A stretch of DNA of 25,688 nucleotides, taken from IMG/VR virus record IMGVR_UViG_2627853701_000015; one strand, given 5' to 3'. The notes below the pieces were generated by a model. It was given only the letters and a program-made list of their open reading frames with translations, was not told the DNA's origin and made no database searches. Made by a program: the position numbers and the translations under genes. Shown here one piece after another: positions 9,856-18,476 of the stretch (position 1 is its first letter; each line of letters opens with the position of its first letter). Source of the stretch: a virus (Duplodnaviria > Heunggongvirae > Uroviricota > Caudoviricetes).

Positions 9856-10445
9856 TAAAAGATTGTCTTTATATTCATAAAGTGATTCAAGAGATGAATG
9901 TATTGTTTTATATTTTTATCTTCTAACGTCTTAAAATCACTTTTTTCTGATTGATAAATTTCATTAACATCATTTTTTCTTAACATAATTAATTCATGTT
10001 CGCGAACATTAGATCCGATTGATTCAATTAATCCTTTCAGCTGGCTTTTGATTTTCAATTTTTCTGCATTACACGACAAAAAACAATCATCATATGATAT
10101 TTCATTTTCTTTTTTTTGCGGTGTATTACAGAACTCACAATAAATATCTGCAAAATTATTTAAATAGAAATTCGCCTGTGATACAACATCTATTCTTTGT
10201 AGATCTATAAAGTATTGGTCTTTAAGAAGACTAAATCTTTCAATGAGTAATGATAAGTATTTTTCCCTGTCACTGATTGAATATAATTCATCACTTAACT
10301 CTTTTAATAATTGCTTCTTATCATCAAGTGCATCAACAATACCTTTCAATATATCTTTCGATGATTCAATATCTTGCTCTACTTTCTCAAGTTCTCTTGA
10401 AACAATGACTTGATCATATTCAGGATAAATTAATTGCGCTTTCAA
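9855..10445 (-). CDS. coiled-coil segment with Cys4 cluster; probably the central part of the same ATPase
   Basis: Charged heptad-like repeats; C-x2-C ... C-x3-C cluster (CEFC ... CFLSC) mid-segment; no in-frame ATG or RBS, and the frame continues upstream to a single TAA at 10476-10478 that ends the Walker A ORF. Confidence 0.45.
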   Translation of the reverse strand: MKAQLIYPEYDQVIVSRELEKVEQDIESSKDILKGIVDALDDKKQLLKELSDELYSISDREKYLSLLIERFSLLKDQYFIDLQRIDVVSQANFYLNNFADIYCEFCNTPQKKENEISYDDCFLSCNAEKLKIKSQLKGLIESIGSNVREHELIMLRKNDVNEIYQSEKSDFKTLEDKNIKQYIHLLNHFMNIKTIF

Positions 10446-10475
10446 TTCCTCATAAATATTTGCAATTTGATTTTT

Positions 10476-11108
10476 TTAAAAATATCTTGCTTTTTTATTT
10501 GGTTTTTCTGCTAAGGAGTTAGTATCATCTCTCTGAGTTAAAAGGAATTTAAATTCAGACTTTCTTTTTGTCTCCTCGCTAGGAATATCAGAAAGAATTA
10601 ACGACTTCTCAGTTAACACTCTTAATTCATCAATACAAAAAAATTCAAAAACATTATTAAGATTAAATTTATGAAGAGTATTACTTAAGTTTGTTCTTAC
10701 TTTAGCCTCTTTGAAATTCAACCTACCATAAAAGTATGATGAAAAACTCTTTTTAGACGAAGCACTTTTGGAAAAAACCATCAACAGATTAGCTTCACTA
10801 ACATTTTCAATACTCGAATCATATAATCTGTAATGGGCGCTATCCTGAAGAGACCTCTCAATTGTCATTACCCTACCTTGAAAATTAAATTCCAGATAGG
10901 CTAAATCATAACCTTGAGCATGATCGATATCTTTATTTTTTAGTTTTTCACTCCCTAATAAATATCGAATCAAATAATATATGTATGTTTTTCCAGAGTC
11001 AGAACCACCATATAAAATAGTCAATTTAGAACCAAATTCAATTATAGCATCTAATTTATTGAATCCGGTTACCTTTATTTTTCTGAACGTAAAAAAATTG
11101 TCATTCAT
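10476..11108 (-). CDS. ABC/SMC-like ATPase, N-terminal head segment (Walker A)
   Basis: 'FRKIKVTGFNKLDAIIEFGSKLTILYGGSDSGKTYIYYLIRYLLG' is the N-terminal strand plus P-loop pattern of RecF/SMC/Rad50-type ATPases; ATG at 11108 overlaps the upstream stop (ATGAATGA). Confidence 0.6.
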   Translation of the reverse strand: MNDNFFTFRKIKVTGFNKLDAIIEFGSKLTILYGGSDSGKTYIYYLIRYLLGSEKLKNKDIDHAQGYDLAYLEFNFQGRVMTIERSLQDSAHYRLYDSSIENVSEANLLMVFSKSASSKKSFSSYFYGRLNFKEAKVRTNLSNTLHKFNLNNVFEFFCIDELRVLTEKSLILSDIPSEETKRKSEFKFLLTQRDDTNSLAEKPNKKARYF

Positions 11109-11559
11109 AATTAAATTCCATATCATATTTGCCAATTTTATTTTTTATAATTGATTGCAACTGCTCATCAGGAATATCACTATATAACTTAACCACCAAA
11201 TTTATATTATGCTCCATCTGCGCAACATATTCATTATGTAGAGAATTTGTAAATGCATATGTTTTTTCAGAAGCTTTATATACAAAACCACGATGTGTAT
11301 AAATTTTTGAGGCTAGTTCATAGCCTTGCAACAAAGCCAATGATTCTAAAACAATCTCTCGTTTTAGGGCTAACTGAGCATCTCTACGGGGTATTGGAGG
11401 ATGAAGACTAATCTCTTCAGGTAAAAAATCCTTAAGATTTACTAAAATAAAATCAAAACAAATAAGCCGTTCAAGGCTTAATGAAGAAGGATAAATAGCG
11501 ACGAGCACTTTCGCCATTCGACATGCCACTTCTAAACTTGAATTATAAATTCTAACCAT
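11101..11559 (-). CDS. hypothetical small protein, middle gene of the hotspot operon
   Basis: 152 aa from the ATG at 11559, which overlaps the upstream stop (TAATG) and has GGTGAG just upstream; the ORF track extends it to a TTG at 11574. Confidence 0.5.
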   Translation of the reverse strand: MVRIYNSSLEVACRMAKVLVAIYPSSLSLERLICFDFILVNLKDFLPEEISLHPPIPRRDAQLALKREIVLESLALLQGYELASKIYTHRGFVYKASEKTYAFTNSLHNEYVAQMEHNINLVVKLYSDIPDEQLQSIIKNKIGKYDMEFNYE

Positions 11560-12176
11560 TATCTCACCGTCCAAATTACTTCACCATCATTAACCAAATG
11601 ATGGCATATTCCTTTTTTATCATTTGCTTCACATATTTTTGATAGTACTGAATGTGCAATTGGTGTCAGAACAGCCTGCTTCAAGACTGCATTACACCTA
11701 ATAAATGCATAATTATGGTCTTCATAAAAGACGGGTTCAATTGAAGATGAAATGTAACATTTCAATGCTTTGAATACATCATCTTTAAATACTTCGCGGA
11801 CAAAAACCTCAAGCGAAGATGCAAAATAAAAATCATTTCTACTATTATTAAAGTGTCGTCTGTATGGATCATCAAGCTCTAAGAAAGAACTATAAGTTTT
11901 ATTTCCATGCTCTGAATAGGCTTGAAGCAGTGCATTAACATATACAGACTCTTTTTTTGAATTGTATGTTGGAATTTCATTTGGAGGGATTCTCACGACA
12001 TACAGCTCGTTAAAGTACTTAAAATAAAGGTGTGTATTTGCAATATCATTTAAAATCAATGATAAGGGTAGAGAGTAAAAAATACTAAAATCAAAATCCT
12101 CAATATATTTTTTTATTTCATCATCTAATGGAATATCAATCTTTTTAGTTATTTTTTTGAAATTGCTGAATCCCAT
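11559..12176 (-). CDS. hypothetical protein; possibly the C-terminal part of the nuclease gene
   Basis: 205-aa ORF with no RBS, overlapping the upstream ORF by 28 nt across an A7 tract (12152-12158); a 1-nt change there would fuse the two frames into ~335 aa. Confidence 0.45.
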   Translation of the reverse strand: MGFSNFKKITKKIDIPLDDEIKKYIEDFDFSIFYSLPLSLILNDIANTHLYFKYFNELYVVRIPPNEIPTYNSKKESVYVNALLQAYSEHGNKTYSSFLELDDPYRRHFNNSRNDFYFASSLEVFVREVFKDDVFKALKCYISSSIEPVFYEDHNYAFIRCNAVLKQAVLTPIAHSVLSKICEANDKKGICHHLVNDGEVIWTVR

Positions 12177-12565
12177 GAATCAAGGACTGCTTTTTTAAGC
12201 TCGTTTTTATTTTTCAATAAATTAGAAAATGTAGTAGATAAATCATAGGGTGCCACAAAAAAGTACTTCTGAGGGATGGGATAATCACCATTCAGAGTAA
12301 AATAGATAAGTTTTCCAAACTCAACTACAACATCAGAGAACCCTAAACTTTTTTTGTACAGTTTGCATTGATAATTATCCCAAGAATAACCTTCTACGTT
12401 AGGATCCGATTTATATCCAACAACGTCTCTACCTTTATCTCCAGCTCCTCCCAAACGTTCGCTCCACGGGTAATCATCTGATTTACAGACAATAAGCCAA
12501 TCATGGACAAATACCTCCCATTGTTCATCATCCCATGTCAATATTTCCGAAAGTGGTTGAGACAC
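12149..12565 (-). CDS. Mrr-like PD-(D/E)xK restriction-endonuclease-fold domain protein
   Basis: 'WEVFVHDWL...GGAGDKGRDVVGY...YQCKLYKK' matches the Mrr catalytic-domain pattern (G-x-G-D-x-G-x-D then Q/E-x-K); GTG start with AAGGAG 7 nt upstream, 3 nt after the int stop. Confidence 0.55.
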   Translation of the reverse strand: MSQPLSEILTWDDEQWEVFVHDWLIVCKSDDYPWSERLGGAGDKGRDVVGYKSDPNVEGYSWDNYQCKLYKKSLGFSDVVVEFGKLIYFTLNGDYPIPQKYFFVAPYDLSTTFSNLLKNKNELKKAVLDSWDSAISKK

Positions 12566-12568
12566 AAA

Positions 12569-13657
12569 TTAACTCCTTTTTAGTCTTTCAAATATCAAAT
12601 TACTGTACCAGTCCATCATAGACTTCCTTCCACTAAAATATTGAGCATGGTTATAAGTCCCCCTAATAGAATTTTTATCTACATGAGCCAACTGGATTTC
12701 AATCCAAGCACTCTCAAAACCTTGCTCATGCAGGATTGTAGAAAGGGTATGACGAAAACCATGTCCAGTGACTTTTCCTCCATACCCAATACGCTTAATG
12801 GCTTGATTTATACTCGCTTCGCTCATTGGCCTATTCGGATCGTTCCGCCCTGGAAAAACATAACGATAGTTCCCTGTCATGATCTTGAGTTCATTGAGTA
12901 AATCTACCGCTTGAGATGATAAGGGCACAAGATGTGGCCTACGCATTTTCATCCTTTCAGCAGGAATTTCCCAAATAGCGTTATCCAGATCAAATTCTTG
13001 CCATAATGCCGCGCGTAATTCGATGGTTCTCACACCCGTAATCATCAGTAATTTCGTGGCTATCTGGACAAGCTTACTCCCGGAGTAACCCTCTAAGGCA
13101 CGTAGAAAATCAGGTATCTCATCAGCTTTTAGGAATGGGAAATGATTGGATTGGTGTACTTCGAGAGCGCTGGAGAGATCAGCCGCAGGATTGTACTCCG
13201 CCCTACCCGTTGCAATTGCGTAGCGAAACACCTCTCCCACAGGCCTTGTTCCGACATAAGGAAAAATGTCGTTCTTAAACGCTTCCATGATGTCTGATGC
13301 ATATCCCGCCGACCATTTAGCAGATTTAAGTTGATGCCACTCTCTGGCTATCTTTTCGAAGGCGTTCTCTGACTCTGTTTGCATAGCTAGCTTTTGCTCT
13401 TTTCGAACCTCACTAGGGTTCTTTCCTTCTGCCACAAGTTTTCGAGCTTCATCACGACGGGAACGAGCATCGGCAAGGGTGATCGTTGGGTAAACACCAA
13501 GCGAGATCATTTTGGGTTTGCCGGCATAGCGATAGCGGAACCGCCAACTCTTGCTTCCATTAGGTTCTATAAGTAATGACAACCCTAGCCCATCTCCAAA
13601 TGTATAGGCTTTAGCTTCAGGCTTAGCGCGGCGAATCTGCATATCGTTTAAAGGCAT
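12569..13657 (-). CDS. int: P4-type tyrosine integrase
   Basis: N-terminus 'AKPEAKAYTFGDGLGLSLLIEPNGSKSWRFRY', catalytic region 'GHGFRHTLST...AHVDKNSIRGTYNHAQY' (R..H-x-x-R...Y); directly downstream of a tRNA 3' end. Start set at the internal ATG (MPLND...); the ORF track extends to 13708. Confidence 0.9.
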   Translation of the reverse strand: MPLNDMQIRRAKPEAKAYTFGDGLGLSLLIEPNGSKSWRFRYRYAGKPKMISLGVYPTITLADARSRRDEARKLVAEGKNPSEVRKEQKLAMQTESENAFEKIAREWHQLKSAKWSAGYASDIMEAFKNDIFPYVGTRPVGEVFRYAIATGRAEYNPAADLSSALEVHQSNHFPFLKADEIPDFLRALEGYSGSKLVQIATKLLMITGVRTIELRAALWQEFDLDNAIWEIPAERMKMRRPHLVPLSSQAVDLLNELKIMTGNYRYVFPGRNDPNRPMSEASINQAIKRIGYGGKVTGHGFRHTLSTILHEQGFESAWIEIQLAHVDKNSIRGTYNHAQYFSGRKSMMDWYSNLIFERLKRS

Positions 13658-13709
13658 GTGTATAGGAATCCAGACCGAACAGGAACATATACACAATCCT
13701 ATACACATT

Positions 13710-13819
13710 CAGTACCGGATTCTACTGGATGGTTACGGACTACTATGGACTTAAAAGAATAAAAAATGTTATAAATCAGAGATTTTATGGACTAATACGG
13801 ACGTTTGAGGAAGTTGAGA
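13710..13819. repeat. att arm region with short direct repeats
   Basis: Repeated GGACTAC/TATGGACT/TACGGAC words between the int start and the tRNA core, as expected for integrase arm-type sites. Confidence 0.35.
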
Positions 13820-13865
13820 TGGTGCCGATAATAGGAGTCGAACCTACGACCTTCGCATTACGAAT
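13820..13865 (-). other. 3' 46 nt of a tRNA-Thr(CGU) gene: att core, not an intact tRNA
   Basis: Reverse complement TTCGTAATGCGAAGGTCGTAGGTTCGACTCCTATTATCGGCACCA has half the anticodon stem, CGU anticodon loop, T-arm GGTTCGACTCC, acceptor 3' strand and CCA; sequence 5' of it (>13865) is not tRNA. Confidence 0.7.
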
Positions 13866-14212
13866 TATAAGAATCCGCTTCTAATTCAAAGCATTACCCC
13901 ATCAACACTGCGCTCACACGTCCCACCACATCAAAACATGTAAAGCCTTGCAAGCCATTGCGAGGCCTTATGTGTCTCAGTTTTGTCCCACCTTGTATTA
14001 CGACTTGCATAGCCAATGAAGATAAACGTGACGACAAACGGCGCAGCAGTCTTCTTTTCTTTCACGACTTCTCCAGCATGCATACCTTTCTGCCATGACT
14101 GAAGTGAATGCCTGTTATGAGCAAGGATTGGCCCAGATGAATCGCCCTGGACTGTTGCGATCGTGAAGCCATAGACTGGGCCGCAAGCACGGGAGGTTAC
14201 GATAAAGCGACA

Positions 14213-14578
14213 GTGCAGGATGTCATGTTAGGAGCGATAGAAAAACGCTTTGGCGATAAAGTACCGGAACAGTCCATCCAGTGGCTGACAGATAACGGTT
14301 CAGCGTATAGAGCGCATGAAACACGGCAGTTCGCCAGAGAGTTGAATCTGGAGCCCTGCACAACGGCAATCAGCAGTCCTCAGAGTAATGGAATTGCAGA
14401 AAGGTTCGTGAAAACGATGAAGGAAGACTACATCGCGTTCATGCCGAAACCGAATGTAAGAACGGCATTGCATAATCTTGCAGTGGCGATCGAACATTAC
14501 AATGAAAACCATCCGCACAGTGCGTTGGGTTATCGCTCTCCGCGAGAATATCGACGTCAGCGGGTAACGTTAACTTAA
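14213..14578 (+). pseudogene. transposase/integrase-core C-terminal fragment (IS remnant)
   Basis: '[10 protein letters not shown]...[11 protein letters not shown]...[12 protein letters not shown]' is the C-terminal DDE-transposase pattern; upstream frames are broken, so only a ~120-aa remnant is readable. Confidence 0.55.
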
Positions 14579-14619
14579 GATACCCCCCCTGTCTGGAAAT
14601 AAGGGGGCAAGAACAATGA

Positions 14620-15363
14620 TCAGATTCCCTGGTGAGTAAGAATTTTACTTTCTGAACTCCTCTGAGAGTATTGACTTGGAGAAACACCAAAATAACGTCT
14701 AAATACATAAGTAAAGTATGAGACACTGGCATAACCACAGACCTTAGCTACTTTACTAATAGGATAACAACGAGTGCTGAGTAAATATTCAGCCATTTGC
14801 ATCCTCTCATCAAGTATGATCTTACTGAATGATACCCCCTCTTCTTTCAATTTCCTCTTTAGTAAACTTTCGCTGAGATATAATCTTGATGATATATCCT
14901 TAAGACGCCATGGTGCAGATAAATCCGTATGAATAATCGTTTTAACTTTAGCCCCTGTGCTTTTCAAACATCCAAACAGAAATACTCCAAATTGTTTTTC
15001 AGAAGAAAATGCAGAGAGACATGTAAAAGCAATAGACTCATCAAAAATTTCTATGTATTCAGCACAGTGATTAGCCCAACTAATTAATCCTTTAATTAAA
15101 CTGAAGTCAGCAAAGTTTATTTTTAAATAAGATGGATATTCCCTACAATCAGAAATATCCCTTAAGTTATTAGCTTTCAAATAGCGACTAATAAACTCAG
15201 CGCCAAAATCCGCCACTATCACTCTTTCAGGATATGTCAGGAAAAAATCTCTAGAGCTAGAGTCGACAAGTACAGATGAACCTCTCTCCAGAAACACACT
15301 CTCTTTTCCGAAATAAACATCAAAGGACTCCAAAATCAATATAACTGAACATGTAGTTGCCAT
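14620..15363 (-). CDS. AraC-family transcriptional regulator
   Basis: 247 aa with C-terminal AraC-type HTH 'ISKVAKVCGYASVSYFTYVFRRYFGVSPSQY'; AT-rich (~33% GC). Confidence 0.75.
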   Translation of the reverse strand: MATTCSVILILESFDVYFGKESVFLERGSSVLVDSSSRDFFLTYPERVIVADFGAEFISRYLKANNLRDISDCREYPSYLKINFADFSLIKGLISWANHCAEYIEIFDESIAFTCLSAFSSEKQFGVFLFGCLKSTGAKVKTIIHTDLSAPWRLKDISSRLYLSESLLKRKLKEEGVSFSKIILDERMQMAEYLLSTRCYPISKVAKVCGYASVSYFTYVFRRYFGVSPSQYSQRSSESKILTHQGI

Positions 15364-15945
15364 ATCATCCCCCCAATTTAACTGAAACCAGGATGAAGTA
15401 TATGTATATAAAGTTCACTTTGCCAAACTTCAGTATAAAAAACCACTAAAAATAGGGTGTGATAAAAAATACCGTAACAATAAAGCAAAGGATTATAAAT
15501 TCCGTTACAGTTACAAATGATACTCAAGAAACAATTCCTTAGGAAAAACTTATTTACAGCCAATAAGTAAGACACTTATATGATATCAAGTTTTCATAAA
15601 ACATAACTAGGCTAAATAGCTGCGCCTAATACCGCTACACTTTTGCCAGCCCATGTTTGCCTCCGGGTATTGACCCCTTCTCTACGCAACTTCAGTTCCC
15701 ACCACCAACTTTGCGGCAGCTTTGTAGGATCAATGTCTAAAAGAATAATGGTGACCGATAAGAAAACGACTGAATAACTGCAGATTTTCGCTCAAAACCT
15801 TCCTGTCAGATCCATAGCGAATCAAGTGCTGAATGTCACAGTATCGAACAGAAAACAGTGACGATCTAACCCTTCAAGAATATTCTACGATTGTTCTGTT
15901 TAGGAAAAGCAAGACGGGAAGTCGGGAGATAAGTCATTGATAAAG

Positions 15946-16007
15946 TGGCGGAGAGAGGGGGATTTGAACCCCCGGTAGAGTTGCCCCTACTCCGGTTTTC
16001 GAGACCG
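15946..16007 (-). other. 3' 62 nt of a tRNA-Ser gene: att-type remnant, not an intact tRNA
   Basis: Reverse complement CGGTCTCGAAAACCGGAGTAGGGGCAACTCTACCGGGGGTTCAAATCCCCCTCTCTCCGCCA matches the anticodon-to-CCA part of an E. coli tRNA-Ser as I recall it; the 5' part is absent. Confidence 0.65.
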
Positions 16008-16090
16008 ACCCGATCATCAAACGAAACATAAAATTAGCTCACATTATGAGGAAAGGTATCTTTTTGCGCTATGTAAATTCAAAGGGTTAG

Positions 16091-16960
<870 letters not shown>

Positions 16961-17017
16961 ATCTTCAAGTGGTAAGCATAAACCGCAGCACGATCTTGCA
17001 TACGACGTGCTACGGTT

Positions 17018-17572
17018 TCATTTATCTCCGGCCGGAAACTTCTTATACAGTGTCGATACACCAACATCATAGATGATCGCTACCTTCTGGCGAGGAATTC
17101 CTGCTGCAATTAATCGTCCGGCCTGCGCCCATTGTTCTGGTGTAAGTTTGGGACGACGTCCACCAATTCGTCCCTGTGCGCGAGCAGCTTCCAGTCCAGC
17201 TTTTGTTCGTTCAACAATCAGTTCTCGTTCCATTTCAGCCAGGGCCCCCATCACATGAAAGAAAAAGCGCCCCATTGGGGTACTGGTATCAATAGCATCC
17301 GTCAGGCTGCGAAAATTAACGCCACGTTCGCGCAACTCCTCAACCAGAATGACCAGATGCCGCATACTGCGCCCCAGCCGATCCAGTTTCCAGACAACCA
17401 GAGTGTCACCTGCCGATAATGTCCTGAGCAGTTTTTTCAGTCCCGGCCTTTCGGACTTTGTACCGCTTATCTTGTCTTCAAAAATCAGCTCGCATCCTGC
17501 ACAGTTCAGCGCATTACGTTGTAGATCTGTGTTCTGGTCATTTGTTGACACACGTACATAGCCAATAAGCAT
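17018..17572 (-). CDS. pin: Pin/Hin/Gin-family serine DNA invertase
   Basis: 'MLIGYVRVSTNDQNTDLQRNAL...VVWKLDRLGRSM...GRFFFHVMGALAEMERELI' is the serine-recombinase catalytic domain with C-terminal HTH; AGGGAG 8 nt before the ATG at 17572. Confidence 0.9.
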   Translation of the reverse strand: MLIGYVRVSTNDQNTDLQRNALNCAGCELIFEDKISGTKSERPGLKKLLRTLSAGDTLVVWKLDRLGRSMRHLVILVEELRERGVNFRSLTDAIDTSTPMGRFFFHVMGALAEMERELIVERTKAGLEAARAQGRIGGRRPKLTPEQWAQAGRLIAAGIPRQKVAIIYDVGVSTLYKKFPAGDK

Positions 17573-17626
17573 GGTAGATCTCCCTGACAAAAGCAGGAAT
17601 GATGCCATTTGCTCGTTATTTCTGCA

Positions 17627-17652
17627 TTTTCATAAACGTTGGTTTGGGAGAA
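17627..17652. repeat. invertase crossover site, left
   Basis: TTTTCATAAACGTTGGTTTGGGAGAA is the inverted partner of the site at 19485-19510. Confidence 0.65.
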
Positions 17653-18012
17653 GCGGCAAAACGGGATGTGGGGACAGGGGAAAATCAGATACCGGACATG
17701 GCCTCTTTTGCCAGTGGTAATGGTTGGATGAAATTACCCAACGGGAAAATCCTGCAATATGGTCGTGGTGCGGTTACGCCGACATTATCGACGCAAACAA
17801 TGAGAATTACATTCAGCATCCCTTTCCCCAAAAAAGCGGACTGCGCCATGCTTACTCATTCTGGTGATGGCGGTGCGCCTTTAGGCGCTGGGCGAGGGTT
17901 CGTGATGACTGCAGAAGGCCCAACGTTAACCGGCTTTAATTCTGCTTACAGAACGTCATCAACCAGCGACACGGTATCGATGAATTACAGTTGGTGGGCT
18001 GTTGGTGAGTAA
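17653..18012 (+). other. silent alternative tail-fibre C-terminal cassette
   Basis: Reading frame inside the invertible segment, opposite orientation to the expressed fibre gene, followed by its own assembly gene; would be fused to the constant part after inversion. Confidence 0.5.
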
Positions 18013-18023
18013 TTTTATTCAGG

Positions 18024-18476
18024 GTGATTTATATGGACGAATATGTTTATAGCGCAAGGCATAATGCTTTTTTCCCTGTGGATATGATTGATAAATATAA
18101 ATCAGAGGGATGGGATTTATCAGACGCTAAGGAAGTAAATCAAAATATTATCAGTGAGTTTATGGCTGAACCGCCACAAGGAAAAATCCGTATTGCCGGA
18201 GATGATGGGCTGCCTGCGTGGGCAGATATTCCTCCACCCACGCATGAAGAGCTTATTGAAATTACTGAATCAGAAAGACAGCTACTAATTAACCAGGCCA
18301 ACGAATACATGAACAGTAAGCAATGGCCCGGTAAAGCCGCTATTGGTCGTCTGAAAGGTGAGGAACTGGCGCAATATAATTTGTGGCTGGATTATCTGGA
18401 CGCACTGGAACTGGTCGATACTTCCGGTGCGCCAGATATTGAATGGCCTACGCCTCCGGCAGTTCAGGCCAGATGA
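18024..18476 (+). CDS. tail fibre assembly protein (alternative cassette)
   Basis: 150 aa; C-terminal 'APDIEWPTPP' is shared with the opposite-strand paralogue; sits directly after the silent fibre cassette. Confidence 0.65.
   Translation: MIYMDEYVYSARHNAFFPVDMIDKYKSEGWDLSDAKEVNQNIISEFMAEPPQGKIRIAGDDGLPAWADIPPPTHEELIEITESERQLLINQANEYMNSKQWPGKAAIGRLKGEELAQYNLWLDYLDALELVDTSGAPDIEWPTPPAVQAR

Noticed and set aside
13820-13865. Intact tRNA-Thr gene
   Set aside because: Only the 3' 46 nt (half the anticodon stem through CCA) are present; the D-arm and 5' acceptor strand are replaced by unrelated DNA.
15378-15575. 65-aa ORF upstream of the AraC-family gene
   Set aside because: Low-complexity, AT-rich, in the probable promoter region of the regulator; no RBS.
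15946-16007. Intact tRNA-Ser gene
   Set aside because: Only the 3' ~62 nt match; upstream sequence diverges from the tRNA.
17073-17561. ORFs 17073-17258, 17132-17419 and 17349-17561 on the plus strand
   Set aside because: Antisense to the strongly supported pin invertase gene.
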